Origin: Actinomycetota bacterium
GTDB lineage: Bacteria > Actinomycetota > UBA4738 > HRBIN12
Direction of reading: 5' to 3'
DNA: 64,000 nucleotides
Assembly: GCA_040882605.1 (NCBI GenBank)
Contig: JBBEAY010000017.1
Location: 27,933-91,932 of the forward strand
Under the pieces are notes generated by a model, which ran no database searches, was not told the DNA's origin, and saw only the letters and a program-made list of their open reading frames with translations. The translations under genes were made by a program, and so were the position numbers. The number at the start of each line of letters is the position of its first letter. Positions within the stretch are counted from its first letter, which is position 1. Shown piece after piece: positions 46,087-56,338 of this stretch.

Positions 46087-48681
46087 ATGGGCTCGCTCGA
46101 GTTCGAGGGTCGGGGGGTGCCGTTCAAGTCCGGCGACACGGTCGCGTCGGCGCTGTACCGAGACGGATTGCGCACGTTCTCGCGCTCGCTGAAGTACCAC
46201 CGGCGCCGTGGCCTCTACTGCGGCACCGGCGACTGCCCGAATTGCCTGATGACGGTCGACGGGTTGCCCGCGATGCGCACCTGCACCACGCGATGCGACG
46301 AGGGTATGCGCGTCGAGCGTGCAGGCGGATGGCCGAACGCCGACCTCGATCTGTTGCACGTCACCGACTCGCTGCACCGTGTGATGCCGGTTGGCTTCTA
46401 CTACAAGACCTTTATCAAGCCCCGGTTCGCGTGGTCGGTCGCTGAGCGCGTGATCCGGCGTGCGACCGGGCTCGGAAGGCTGCCCCCAACCACGGCCGCG
46501 GCGAGAGAGATCGTCCGTCACGAGCACGTCGACGTTGTGGTGATCGGGGCGGGCATCGCTGGCTTGGAAGCTGCGCGCGACGCTGCGGCGGGCGGTTCGG
46601 TGCTCGTGTGCGACGAGGGCCGGATCGGCCACGCCGTCGCGCCCGGGCCGACGCTCGATCGGCTCCAGGCGCTCGAAGCCGAAGTACGCGCACTCGATGC
46701 GGTGACCGTGCTCGAGACCCATACCGCGCTCGGTGTGTACGAGGGCTTGCACGTGCCCCTCGCCGGGGACGGAGATCTCGTGCACGTGCATCCGTCGCGG
46801 GTGATCGTGGCGACCGGAGCCACCGAAGCGCACGCTGTGTTCCCCGGCAACGACCTGCCGGGAGTGATGCTCGGGCGGGCGGCGGCCGCGCTCGCGGGAG
46901 TGCACGGCGTGCGCCCCGGCAGGCGGGCCGTCGTTGCCGTGCGCACCGAGGAGGGCCTGCAACACCTCCAGACTGTGCTCGACTCCGGGGTCGAAGTGAT
47001 AGCCACGGCCGTATCAGGGGCGATGGCGGACCGGCTTCCCGACGCGGGCTTGGGAGAGGTCGTGGTCGACGGCGAGGTGCATGAGGCGCGCGGCGGCTCA
47101 TCGCTGCGCTCGGTCGTGCTGCGCCGAGACGGCCGGGCCAAGCGGTTCGACTGCGACCTGCTCGTGCTCTCCCTCGGCCTCTCGCCGCGCGACGGGCTCG
47201 CGCGCATGGCCCTGCCCGGCGAGGCCGTGACCGTTGTGGGCGATGCGGCGGCTGAGCCGCCGGCCGAGGCGTGCGGCCATGACGGCATCGTGTGCTTGTG
47301 CGAGGACGTCTCGACGCACGACCTCGAACAGGCCTGGGACGAGGGCTTCCGCAACTCCGAGATCTTGAAGCGATACACGACGACGACGATGGGCCCGTGC
47401 CAGGGCGCGATGTGCGGTCGGGCGCTGTCGTGTTTCGCGGTGTCGCGCGGCGACGTCGGGCATCGAGCCGACGCCCCGCAGGCTCCTCGCACAACCGCCA
47501 GGCCGCCGACGAGACCGGTCACGCTTGAGTCGCTCGCCGCCGGGGTGCACGAGATCGTCGACAAGCGGACGTCACTGCACGAGTTGCACGTGGCCGCCGG
47601 TGCGAAGCTCGATCGTTCGGGGGGATGGCTGCGACCGTTCAACTACGGCGACTGGCGCGAGGAATACCTGGCCGTGCGCGAGCGAGTGAGCCTCATGGAC
47701 GTGGGCACGCTCGGCAAATTCACGCTGGGCGGCGCCGACGCCGACGCGAGTGAGCTCATCGATCGTCTGTTCCCGTGCCGCGTCGCCGACCTCGCGCCGG
47801 GGCGCACGCGCTACGTGCTGAGCCTCGACGAGGCCGGCTACGTGATGGACGACGGACTCCTCGTCCGCGTTGGTGAGCACGAGTGGTACCTCACCTCGAC
47901 GTCGGGCGGGGCCGGCCGCACCGACGCCCGTCTGCGCAACTTCATCGACCGCTTCGACCTTGACGTGCACGTGCTCGACCGCACGGCGCAGTGGGGCGCG
48001 ATCAACGTCGCGGGCCCGTACTCCCGCGACTTGCTCGAGCGGCTCACCGACGACCCGATCGACGCCGAGGCCATGCCCTTCCCGGGGTTCACCGACGCGA
48101 CGGTGGCCGGCGTGGCGTGCCGCGTGATCCGCACGGGGTTCGTGGGGGAGCTCGCGTTCGAGCTGCACCACCCGCGCTCGCGCGGGCCGGAGCTCTGGCA
48201 GGCGCTCGTCGAAGCCGGCCGCGAGTGGCACCTCGTGCCGCACGGCCTTGACGCGCTCGAGCTGCTGCGGCTCGAGAAGGGGCACGTCTATCTCGGGCAG
48301 GACACGATGCCCGACGACACACCGGCGAAGCTTGACATGTCGTGGGCGGTCGACATGAGCAAGCCATGGTTCGTCGGCAAGATGGCCCTCGAACGCATGG
48401 CCACGCTTGGGTTGGCGCGTCGACACGTGGGCCTCGAGCTCACCGGCGGGCCGGCTGACACCGCCGAGCTGCGGGGCGAGCCGTTGCTGGTCGGCGGCGA
48501 CGTCGTCGGTCGGGTTACATCGGCAGAGCACTCGATCGCGCTCGGCCGTGCGATCGGGCTCGGATGGATCCGCTCGGTCGACGACGGCTTCCCCGAAGAG
48601 CTCGTGACCGGATCGGGGGCGGTCGCAACCGTCGTGCCGACACCCTTCTACGATCCGGGAGGAGGCAGGATGCGTGGCTGA
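46087..48681 (+). CDS. soxA: Sarcosine oxidase alpha subunit
   Basis: 864 aa from Met66 of the track ORF. N-terminal Cys-rich domain (CGTGDCPNC), NAD/FAD Rossmann motifs (VVVIGAGIAGLEAA), and a C-terminal GcvT-like folate-binding domain. Confidence 0.85.
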   Translation: MGSLEFEGRGVPFKSGDTVASALYRDGLRTFSRSLKYHRRRGLYCGTGDCPNCLMTVDGLPAMRTCTTRCDEGMRVERAGGWPNADLDLLHVTDSLHRVMPVGFYYKTFIKPRFAWSVAERVIRRATGLGRLPPTTAAAREIVRHEHVDVVVIGAGIAGLEAARDAAAGGSVLVCDEGRIGHAVAPGPTLDRLQALEAEVRALDAVTVLETHTALGVYEGLHVPLAGDGDLVHVHPSRVIVATGATEAHAVFPGNDLPGVMLGRAAAALAGVHGVRPGRRAVVAVRTEEGLQHLQTVLDSGVEVIATAVSGAMADRLPDAGLGEVVVDGEVHEARGGSSLRSVVLRRDGRAKRFDCDLLVLSLGLSPRDGLARMALPGEAVTVVGDAAAEPPAEACGHDGIVCLCEDVSTHDLEQAWDEGFRNSEILKRYTTTTMGPCQGAMCGRALSCFAVSRGDVGHRADAPQAPRTTARPPTRPVTLESLAAGVHEIVDKRTSLHELHVAAGAKLDRSGGWLRPFNYGDWREEYLAVRERVSLMDVGTLGKFTLGGADADASELIDRLFPCRVADLAPGRTRYVLSLDEAGYVMDDGLLVRVGEHEWYLTSTSGGAGRTDARLRNFIDRFDLDVHVLDRTAQWGAINVAGPYSRDLLERLTDDPIDAEAMPFPGFTDATVAGVACRVIRTGFVGELAFELHHPRSRGPELWQALVEAGREWHLVPHGLDALELLRLEKGHVYLGQDTMPDDTPAKLDMSWAVDMSKPWFVGKMALERMATLGLARRHVGLELTGGPADTAELRGEPLLVGGDVVGRVTSAEHSIALGRAIGLGWIRSVDDGFPEELVTGSGAVATVVPTPFYDPGGGRMRG

Positions 48682-49108
48682 GCTGCGCCCGACCTCGTCG
48701 CCCGTCGTCGTCGTCGTGCTCGCGTCGAGCGAGGCATGCGATCGAATCGTCGCGCCCGAAGGCGCGATCGCCATGCGCATCGCGCCCCGCGAGATGCTCC
48801 TCGTCGGTTCGGCCGACGCCGGCGCCGAAGTCTTGCGCGGCGCCCTCGACGAGCCGAGCGCTATCGTCGACGACGTTACCGACGGGTGGGCCATGTTCCA
48901 GCTCACCGGTGACGACGCTCGAGAGGCTTTCGCGCGCGTGTGCGAGCTCGAGCTTCCCGATGGCGGATGGGTGCAGGGCGAGGTTGCTCGCGCGGGCGCC
49001 AAGGTGATCGTGGAACCAGGCGGTCTCACGATCCTCGTTCCGGCGATGCTCGGTGCTCACGTCGAGGAGCGGATCCGTGCCGACGCCGCGGAGCTGCTCG
49101 CGCCATGA
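48674..49108 (+). CDS. soxG: Sarcosine oxidase gamma subunit
   Basis: 144 aa. Its position between soxA and soxB and its size fit SoxG. GTG start overlaps the soxA end. Confidence 0.65.
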   Translation: MAELRPTSSPVVVVVLASSEACDRIVAPEGAIAMRIAPREMLLVGSADAGAEVLRGALDEPSAIVDDVTDGWAMFQLTGDDAREAFARVCELELPDGGWVQGEVARAGAKVIVEPGGLTILVPAMLGAHVEERIRADAAELLAP

Positions 49109-50316
49109 CGGGTCTGTTCAAGCACCGGGAGTTCCTGTCCCAGCGCGACCTCAAAGCGCGCTACGACGTCGTGATCGTCGGCGGCGGCGTCAACGGGCTC
49201 TCGCTCGCCTTCCACCTCGCCGAGTACCACGGCATACGCGATGTGGCGGTGCTCGAGCGTTCCTACATCGGAAGCGGCGGAAGCGGCCGCAACACGCAGG
49301 TCCTGCGCGCCACCTACAACACGACCGAGACGGTGCCGCTGTACGCGACGAGCCTCGGCATGTACCGGACCCTCAGCCAGGAGCTCGACTACAACGTGCT
49401 GTTCAGCACGCAGGGCAACCTCGATCTCTGCCACTCGATCGACACGTTGCAGGTGGAGCGCGAGAAGGTGCTGATCCATCGTCAGTACGGCGTGGACACC
49501 GAGATGCTCACGCCCCAGCAGGTGCTCGAGGTGTGCCCGCTCGTCGATCTCACGGCCGGAGGCGAGCTTCCGGTCATCGGCGCGAGCTATCACCCTCCGG
49601 GCGCGTTCGCGCGCCACGACTCGGTGGTGTGGGGCTACGCGAGCGCCGCGGACCGCCGGGGGGTCGAGATCCATCAGGGCGTCGAGGTCGTGGGTGTCGA
49701 TGTCGTCGACGGTGAGTGCCGCGGCGTCGCGACGACCCGTGGGCCGGTGGCCGCAGGCCGGGTCGTGAGCGCAGTGGCCGGATGGTCGAGCGTGCTCGCG
49801 CGCCTGGCGGGGGTGAGGCTTCCGATCGAGACGATGGCGCTGCAGGCGTTCGTGACCGAGGCGTACACGCCGGTGCTGTGGGGTCTGGTCTCGTCGATGG
49901 ATCTCTACGTGTACACGCAACAAACCGCGCGCGGCGAGCTCGTGGTCGGGGCGGAGACGCTTCCCTACAACACCTACTCGACGCGCTCGACGTTCGAGTT
50001 CGCAGCGGAAGCCGCGAAGCGCACGATCCAGTTGTTGCCGTTCATGGCGAAGGCCCGGCTGATGCGTCAATGGACCGGCCTCTGCGACATGACCCCCGAC
50101 TCGTCGCCGCTGTTGGGGGAATCAGAAGTGCGGAACTTCTTCCTGATGTCGGGCATGGGCACGTGGGGGTTCAAGGGAGCGCCGATCTTCGGAAGAACGA
50201 TGGCCGAGATGCTCGCGACAGGCAGGGTCGATCCGCTGATCGCGCCGTTCGCTCCGGACCGGTTCCGCAACGATCGCATGGTGCCCGACGCCGCGAGCGC
50301 CGGCACCCACCGCTAG
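49105..50316 (+). CDS. soxB: Sarcosine oxidase beta subunit
   Basis: FAD motif YDVVIVGGGVNGLSLAFHL and the monomeric-sarcosine-oxidase-like fold of SoxB. ATGA overlap with soxG. Confidence 0.85.
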   Translation: MTGLFKHREFLSQRDLKARYDVVIVGGGVNGLSLAFHLAEYHGIRDVAVLERSYIGSGGSGRNTQVLRATYNTTETVPLYATSLGMYRTLSQELDYNVLFSTQGNLDLCHSIDTLQVEREKVLIHRQYGVDTEMLTPQQVLEVCPLVDLTAGGELPVIGASYHPPGAFARHDSVVWGYASAADRRGVEIHQGVEVVGVDVVDGECRGVATTRGPVAAGRVVSAVAGWSSVLARLAGVRLPIETMALQAFVTEAYTPVLWGLVSSMDLYVYTQQTARGELVVGAETLPYNTYSTRSTFEFAAEAAKRTIQLLPFMAKARLMRQWTGLCDMTPDSSPLLGESEVRNFFLMSGMGTWGFKGAPIFGRTMAEMLATGRVDPLIAPFAPDRFRNDRMVPDAASAGTHR

Positions 50317-50327
50317 TCCAGTCCAGA

Positions 50328-50909
50328 CTAGATGGTCGCGAGCACGCGGTCGATCAGGTAGTTCGCGAACGACGGACGTACGAGCACCCTCGTCGTGTGG
50401 GTGCGCTCGAGCAGGATGACCTGGGTTCTCGCGAAGAGCGTCTGTGCGCACATGCCCGCGCGCCACGAGGCCGGGTACAGGTCGATGGGACAGCCACTCG
50501 CGAGCAGCTCGTGACGATCCGGGCCACCCAGCTCGATCGCGACCCGGTTCGCGCTGACCTCGATCACTGAGCGGTGCAGGCTCGCTTCTTGATCCTTGGC
50601 GAGCGCGGTCTCGAGCTCCTCCACGATCTCGGGGCCGGTGTGCGGAGGGCCGAGCACCAGCCACTCATCTGGGCCGAGCCAGAGCACGGCGCGTGGCCCG
50701 GCTTCCGATGCGGTGTTGGGCTCGAGGGGAAGCGGGTACGGTGTGCGGCCGGCCAGCGAGGGGTCGAGTCGAAGCGAGACCTGTGCGAGGAACGGCATGT
50801 GCTCGAGGGTGACGCGACCGGCAGTGCGCTGGCTCGCCCGCGCGAGCTCGGCTGCGCTTGAGGCGAGCGGATCGCGCGCGTAGGACTCAGCCGTCACGGC
50901 GCGCTCCAT
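50328..50909 (-). CDS. soxG: Sarcosine oxidase gamma subunit (second copy)
   Basis: 193-aa ORF downstream of the second soxA. It overlaps the end of soxA by about 20 nt, so the true start is probably an internal GTG. The gamma-subunit call is supported mainly by size and position. Confidence 0.65.
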   Translation of the reverse strand: MERAVTAESYARDPLASSAAELARASQRTAGRVTLEHMPFLAQVSLRLDPSLAGRTPYPLPLEPNTASEAGPRAVLWLGPDEWLVLGPPHTGPEIVEELETALAKDQEASLHRSVIEVSANRVAIELGGPDRHELLASGCPIDLYPASWRAGMCAQTLFARTQVILLERTHTTRVLVRPSFANYLIDRVLATI

Positions 50910-53616
50910 CTTGATCGTAGAAGACGGGTGCGGTTACCTCGGCTTCGATAGGACCGTCGAGCGTAGGGGCTACGACGTGTCCACCGATGCGCTCGCGCCC
51001 AGCCGTGACCATGGCGAGCGCGAAGGTGCGACCGAGCTCCGGGCTCCGGTAGCTCGACGTGACGTGGCCGAGCATCGGCACGGGCGGCGCGGTGTCGGCG
51101 TGCTCGGGCGAGACCACCTGGGAGCCCTCGGGCAACCATCGGTCGGGGTCGACCGGCAACAAACCGACGAGCTGCTTGCGGTCGGGCCGCACCGTGTCAG
51201 GCCGGCGGAGCGAGCGCTTGCCGATGAAGTCGGAATCGTCCTTGCGCACTATCCACGACATGCCGAGGTCGTGCGGCGTAACGGTGCCGTCGGTGTCCTG
51301 CCCGACGATCACGAAGCCCTTCTCCGCGCGCAACACGTGCATCGACTCGGTTCCGTACGGCGTGAGTCCGAGGGGCGCGCCGGCGGCGAGCACGGCTTCC
51401 CACATCGCGGTTCCGTGATGGCCTGCGACGTTGATCTCGTAGGCGAGCTCACCGCTGAAGCTCACACGCGCGACTCGGGCCGGCATGCTCGCGACCTCAC
51501 CCTCGCGCCACGTCATGAATGGGAACGCCGCCGCGTCGAGTCCGATGTCGGTGCCGGCCGCGGTGAGCACCTCGCGCGCCTTCGGTCCGTTGACGGCGAT
51601 CGTCGCCCACTGCTCGGTCACGCTCGTCGCGTACACCCGCAGATCGGGCCACTCCGTCTGCAGCCATTCCTCCACGTGGTCCATAACTTTGGCGGCCCCG
51701 CCGGTCGTGGTCGTGATCAGGAAGCGGTCCTCGGCCAGGCGCATCGCGACGCCGTCGTCGAAGACCATGCCGTCGAGACCGAGCATGAGGCCGTAGCGGA
51801 TCGAGCCCACCGCGAGCGTCGACATGCGGTTCGTGTAGAGCCGGTCGAGGAACGTCGCCGCGTCGGGGCCGACCAGCTCGATCTTGCCGAGCGTGGAAGC
51901 GTCCATCACCCCGGCCGCGCGGCGCACGGCGAGGCACTCTCGCTCGACCGCGCTGTGCAGCGGCTCGACACCTTCCGGGAAGTACCAGGGGCGCTTCCAC
52001 TGGCCGACGTTCTCGAAGACGGCTCCCCGTTCGACGTGCAGATCGTGCATCGGGGTCGTGCGGATCGGATCGAGCAGCACCGGTCCGCGGTCGACGCCGG
52101 CGAGCACCGAGTAGGGGACCGGCGTGTACGGGGGCCGGCTGTTCGTGGGGCCCTGTGCCCCGGGCCCCTCGCCCCACGCCTGGTTCACGATGGCCGTGGT
52201 GAGTGCGCCGCTCGTGCGGCCTTGGTCGATCGCGGTGCCGATGTACGTCGCGCGCTTCACGTGCTCCGTCGAGCGGAGCTCGTGGCCGACCGCGTCGAGC
52301 ACGTCGGCGACGGTCGAGTCGCGCTGCAGATCGACGAAGTGCTCCGAGAGGTCGTCCGCGGGCGTGTACCAATAGGGAACGCTCGACGGCACCTCACCGG
52401 CCGCCGCGCCGACGACCGTGAGCCATGACGGGCCGCGGCCACCGGAAGGGCCGCCGGGCCGGGCGTTCGGGGCGTCAGGCACGAAGCAGGTGCGGTCGTC
52501 GTCCCATCGCAGACCGCCGCCGATGCCTCGCCAGAGCTGCGCTGTCGGGTTCCAGCCCCCGGAGACGAGCACCAGATCAGCATCGAAGGTCTCGGTCGCA
52601 CCGCCGGGCCCCGCGATCGTGACCGAACGGACACCCTGATCACCGTCGGCGGCCACCACGGCGCACGCAGTGCGCACATCGATGCCGACGGCTCGAGCGG
52701 CGTCGGTAGCTTTGCCGCCTTCCCCCGGGTCGACGATCGTGGCGATCTCGAGTCCCTTGGCTGTGAGCGCCGTCGCCGCCTCGTGCCCGGCGTGGTTCGT
52801 GCTGAACACGACGGCGCGCTCGCCCGCCAGCACGCCGAAGCGATCGGCGAATAGGAGCGCGGCCGAGGCGAGCATCACGCCGGGCAGGTCGTTGCGGGCG
52901 AACGCGATCGGGCGCTCATGCGCGCCGCTCGCGAGCACGACTCGCCCCGCACGCACATGGTGCACACGCTCGATCGGAGTCGACCGTTCGTACACCACGA
53001 TGTATCCGTCGTCGTAGACGCCGAGCGCGGTGGCGTCGGTGAGCACCGTGACCTCCGAAGCCGATGCGAGGGCGCCGCTGGTCGTCGCGATCCACCCCAG
53101 CGCCGGCTCGCCGTCGACCTCGTCACCGCTCGTGGCTGTGCCGCCCGTCCACGACCGCTCGTCGACGAGCATCACGCGGTCTCCCGCCTGTGCGGCTTCG
53201 AACGCAGCTCGCAGCCCCGCCACGCCGGCCCCGATCACGAGCGTCTCGACGTGCGCGTGCCGATGCCGTGCGGCAGGCGCGCCCGTGTCACCGGGGGGCA
53301 GACGCCCAACGCCAGGCCGGGGCATCGCGACCAACCCGTCGACGAGCGGCACCCCCGTCGCCGGCACGATCGGCCGGAACACGGGCGCCGACAGCTCGAC
53401 GAACGCGTTCGGTTCCTCGACGCCGGCCGCGAACACGCCGCGTGGCCGGCTTCGCAGAGGCGAGCGGGCGACCACATGGACGCCGTTCGCGATCAGCGCG
53501 CTCGCAAGCGTGTCGCCCGCGAAGCCCTCGCACGATCGGCCGTCGAACGTGAAGGCGAGCGGGCGCGACCGGTCGATGCCGTGCCCGGCCGGCGCGGCGA
53601 GCCGCCGCCCCGTCAC
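50887..53616 (-). CDS. soxA: Sarcosine oxidase alpha subunit (second copy)
   Basis: 909 aa. Rossmann motifs (LVIGAGVAGLRAA) and a C-terminal GcvT-like domain. ATGA overlap with the upstream soxD. Confidence 0.85.
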   Translation of the reverse strand: MTGRRLAAPAGHGIDRSRPLAFTFDGRSCEGFAGDTLASALIANGVHVVARSPLRSRPRGVFAAGVEEPNAFVELSAPVFRPIVPATGVPLVDGLVAMPRPGVGRLPPGDTGAPAARHRHAHVETLVIGAGVAGLRAAFEAAQAGDRVMLVDERSWTGGTATSGDEVDGEPALGWIATTSGALASASEVTVLTDATALGVYDDGYIVVYERSTPIERVHHVRAGRVVLASGAHERPIAFARNDLPGVMLASAALLFADRFGVLAGERAVVFSTNHAGHEAATALTAKGLEIATIVDPGEGGKATDAARAVGIDVRTACAVVAADGDQGVRSVTIAGPGGATETFDADLVLVSGGWNPTAQLWRGIGGGLRWDDDRTCFVPDAPNARPGGPSGGRGPSWLTVVGAAAGEVPSSVPYWYTPADDLSEHFVDLQRDSTVADVLDAVGHELRSTEHVKRATYIGTAIDQGRTSGALTTAIVNQAWGEGPGAQGPTNSRPPYTPVPYSVLAGVDRGPVLLDPIRTTPMHDLHVERGAVFENVGQWKRPWYFPEGVEPLHSAVERECLAVRRAAGVMDASTLGKIELVGPDAATFLDRLYTNRMSTLAVGSIRYGLMLGLDGMVFDDGVAMRLAEDRFLITTTTGGAAKVMDHVEEWLQTEWPDLRVYATSVTEQWATIAVNGPKAREVLTAAGTDIGLDAAAFPFMTWREGEVASMPARVARVSFSGELAYEINVAGHHGTAMWEAVLAAGAPLGLTPYGTESMHVLRAEKGFVIVGQDTDGTVTPHDLGMSWIVRKDDSDFIGKRSLRRPDTVRPDRKQLVGLLPVDPDRWLPEGSQVVSPEHADTAPPVPMLGHVTSSYRSPELGRTFALAMVTAGRERIGGHVVAPTLDGPIEAEVTAPVFYDQDGARRDG

Positions 53617-53900
53617 CGAGCCGAGCCTTCCGGGGGCGGTTCCTCGCCCACCCGGTAGGAGGCGCCGATCTCATTGGTCGCCGTGTTCCGTGTGAGGTTG
53701 AACCAGCGGCGGCAGCCGGCAGTGTGCATCCATCGTTCGGACCACCATCCGCGCGGGTTGTCGCGCATGAACAGGTAGTCGGCCCACTCCTCGTCGGAGA
53801 GCGACTCGGGGTCCGAAGGGTAGGCGATGTGGGCTTGGCCACCGTAGCGGAACTCGATCTCATCGCGTGGTCCGCACCACGGGCAGGGGATCAAGAGCAT
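53613..53900 (-). CDS. soxD: Sarcosine oxidase delta subunit (second copy)
   Basis: MLLIPCPWCGPRDEIEFRYGG is the canonical SoxD N-terminus. Confidence 0.85.
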   Translation of the reverse strand: MLLIPCPWCGPRDEIEFRYGGQAHIAYPSDPESLSDEEWADYLFMRDNPRGWWSERWMHTAGCRRWFNLTRNTATNEIGASYRVGEEPPPEGSAR

Positions 53901-53904
53901 GCGG

Positions 53905-54230
53905 TCACCGCCGTCCTTCGTCGAACGACGCGACCAGGAGCTTCGGGGCGGTCATGCGCCAAGCCTCGACGATCAGCTCGCGCACCTCGCCGCTGTCGAC
54001 CTTCGACAGCACAGCCCCAACCCAACCGCTCGGGCCGACATAGGCGGCGCGAACCACGCATCGGCGTCCATCGCGATGAGAGCCCGCTGCTCGTCGTGTA
54101 CCGACTTGATCCACGCCCGCCGCTCGTGCTCGCTGAATGTCATGAACATCTTGTCCCGCACGCGGAACGTCGCCGTCTCCCAGGTCTCGCGCTCTTCCGC
54201 CTCAGGAAGCGAGAGGGCGAACGCGCGCAC
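53905..54230 (-). pseudogene. MmcQ/YjbR-family (DUF419) gene split by an apparent frameshift, lying between soxB and soxD
   Basis: The N-terminal half (ALSLPEAEERETWETATFRVRDKMFMTF...DAWFAPP) and the C-terminal half (YVGPSGWVGAVL...ELIVEAWRMTAPKKL) of a YjbR-like protein lie in two different reading frames, joined near 54060. This is either a real frameshift or a sequencing indel. Confidence 0.5.
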
Positions 54231-54261
54231 GGTCGACGCTCGGATGCCCACGCCCGCATCC

Positions 54262-55461
54262 TCAGTGCGCGACGGCGGCCGCGCCGTGCTCGTCGATGAG
54301 GGCGCCGGTCGTGAAGCGGGCGAGCGAGAATGGCCTCGCGAGGGGACCCGGCTCACCGTTCGCGATCGTCTCGGCGTAAATCCAACCGGAGCCCGGCGTT
54401 CCCTTGAACCCGCCGGTGCCCCATCCGCAATTGATGAACAACCCATCGATCGGAGTCCGGTCGACGATCGGTGAGGCGTCGGGGCAGACATCGACGATGC
54501 CGCCCCACGTTCGGAGCACCGAGGCGTGGGCGAACATCGGGAACAGCTCGAGCGCCGCAGCCATCTGGTGCTCGATCACGTGGAACGATCCGCGCTGGCC
54601 GTAGCCGATGTAGGCGTCGATGCCGGCGCCCATGACGAGCTCGCCCTTGTCGGCCTGCGACACGTACACGTGCACTGCGTTCGACATGACCACGCAGTCG
54701 AGCACCGGCTCGTACAGGGCGCTCACGAGCGCCTGCAACGGATGCGACTGCACCGGGAGCCGCAACCCGACCATCGACGCGAGCACACTCGTGTGCCCGG
54801 CGGCGGCGAGCGCGACCTTCCCGGCGCGGATCGTGCCGCGCGAGGTCTCGACGCCTTCCACTCGGCCGCCGGCGCCCCGCACGAACCCCGTTACCTCGGC
54901 GTGTTCGACGATGTCGACGCCGAGGCGGTCGGCGCCGCGCGCATACCCCCACGCCACCTTGTCGTGGCGGGCGACGCCGCCGCGACGCTGCAACGTTCCC
55001 CCGAGCACCGGGTAGCGCACGTCGGGCGAGGTATTCACGACGGGCGCGAACGCTTTCACACCGTCGGCGTCGAGCCATTCCGCGTCGACGCTGTTCAGCC
55101 GGTTCGCCTCGACCCGTCGCATGCTCGACCGAACGTCGCCGAGGTCGTGCGCCAGGTTCAGCACGCCGCGCTGGCTGAACTGCATGTCGAAGCCGAGCGT
55201 CTCCTCGAGCGCTTCCCAGAGCTTCAGGGAATGCTCGTAGATCTCGGCCGACTCGTCCCATAGGTAGTTCGACCGGATGATCGTGGTGTTCCGCGCCATG
55301 TTGCCGCCGCCGAGCCAGCCCTTCTCGACCACGCAGACGTCGGTGATGCCGTGGTGTGCGGCCAGGTAGTAGGCGGTGGCCAGCCCGTGACCCCCTGCGC
55401 CGACGATGACGACGTCGTAGGCCGGCTTCGGTTCCGCGGTACGCCAATAGCGCTCAGCCAT
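54262..55461 (-). CDS. soxB: Sarcosine oxidase beta subunit (second copy)
   Basis: Trimmed to Met131 (MAERYW...). FAD motif [19 protein letters not shown]. About 50% identical by eye to the soxB on the + strand. Confidence 0.85.
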   Translation of the reverse strand: MAERYWRTAEPKPAYDVVIVGAGGHGLATAYYLAAHHGITDVCVVEKGWLGGGNMARNTTIIRSNYLWDESAEIYEHSLKLWEALEETLGFDMQFSQRGVLNLAHDLGDVRSSMRRVEANRLNSVDAEWLDADGVKAFAPVVNTSPDVRYPVLGGTLQRRGGVARHDKVAWGYARGADRLGVDIVEHAEVTGFVRGAGGRVEGVETSRGTIRAGKVALAAAGHTSVLASMVGLRLPVQSHPLQALVSALYEPVLDCVVMSNAVHVYVSQADKGELVMGAGIDAYIGYGQRGSFHVIEHQMAAALELFPMFAHASVLRTWGGIVDVCPDASPIVDRTPIDGLFINCGWGTGGFKGTPGSGWIYAETIANGEPGPLARPFSLARFTTGALIDEHGAAAVAH

Positions 55462-55481
55462 CGCGGCCAAGGGTAGGGGTT

Positions 55482-55510
55482 TTGACAGGTATGTCGCCCG
55501 GGCGTAGCGT
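55482..55510 (+). promoter_or_regulatory. Near-consensus promoter TTGACA-N17-TAGCGT upstream of the second IclR gene; coordinates approximate
   Basis: ttgacaggtatgtcgcccgggcgtagcgt lies in the 85-bp divergent gap between soxB (- strand) and the IclR gene (+ strand). Confidence 0.45.
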
Positions 55511-55546
55511 CGCACACGGTTGCGCACGAGATCGGAGCGTTGCGGC

Positions 55547-56338
55547 ATGCGAGACGACAAAGAGAGCAGCGGGAACCTCCAGTCGGTGCGCCGGGCGATC
55601 CGCGCGCTCGAGCTGATCAGTGAGCACGGCGAACTCGGCGTGACTGAGCTCGGCCGCAAGCTCGAGGTGCACAAGGCGACCGCTTCACGGCTGATGACGA
55701 CGCTCGCCGAACGCGGGTTCGTTGAGCGCGATCCGATCTCGGAGAAGTTCCGGCTCGGGTTCGGATTGATCTCGCTCGCCGGTGCGGCCGTCGGCGGCAA
55801 CGATCTCGTGCGCGCGGCGCGCCCGATCCTCGACGATCTCGCGGAGCGCACACGCGAGACGGTGAACCTCGGCGTGCTCTCGGGGGAGTCGGTCGTCTAC
55901 GTCGATCAAGTCACCGGGACGTGTTCGATCGTGAGCGTGAGCTGGGTCGGACAGCGCACGCCGTTGCACTGCACCTCGAACGGCAAGGTGCTGCTGGCGT
56001 TCGCCACCGAGGCCGAGCGCGATCGTCTGCTGCGGGGGCCGCTTCCACGGCTCACCCCACGCACCATCACCGACGTGCGGAAGCTTCGCACGCAGCTCTC
56101 GGAGATCCGAACCCGCGGCTACGCCCAGACGCTGGAAGAGCTCGAGAAGGGATTGAACGCCGTGGCAGCGCCCGTGCGCGGCATGAGCGGCGACCTCGTC
56201 GCTGCGCTCAGCGTGTCGGGGCCGGCCTTCCGCATGCGAGCGGTGGACCTTCCTCGTTTCGGAAGGTTCGCGGCTGACTCGGCGCTCGCCATATCGAGGC
56301 GGCTCGGCTACGTCGACCGGGGTGTGCGGGCGGTATGA
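55547..56338 (+). CDS. IclR family transcriptional regulator (second)
   Basis: wHTH ([43 protein letters not shown]) plus an IclR effector domain. Divergent from the second sox operon. Confidence 0.85.
   Translation: MRDDKESSGNLQSVRRAIRALELISEHGELGVTELGRKLEVHKATASRLMTTLAERGFVERDPISEKFRLGFGLISLAGAAVGGNDLVRAARPILDDLAERTRETVNLGVLSGESVVYVDQVTGTCSIVSVSWVGQRTPLHCTSNGKVLLAFATEAERDRLLRGPLPRLTPRTITDVRKLRTQLSEIRTRGYAQTLEELEKGLNAVAAPVRGMSGDLVAALSVSGPAFRMRAVDLPRFGRFAADSALAISRRLGYVDRGVRAV

Noticed and set aside
53973-54491. 172-aa ORF treated as an intact gene between soxB and soxD
   Set aside because: The first roughly 85 residues are Ser/Arg/Pro junk. Only the distal part matches the YjbR/MmcQ family, and the rest of that family's sequence continues in another frame. 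I annotated it as a frameshifted pseudogene instead.
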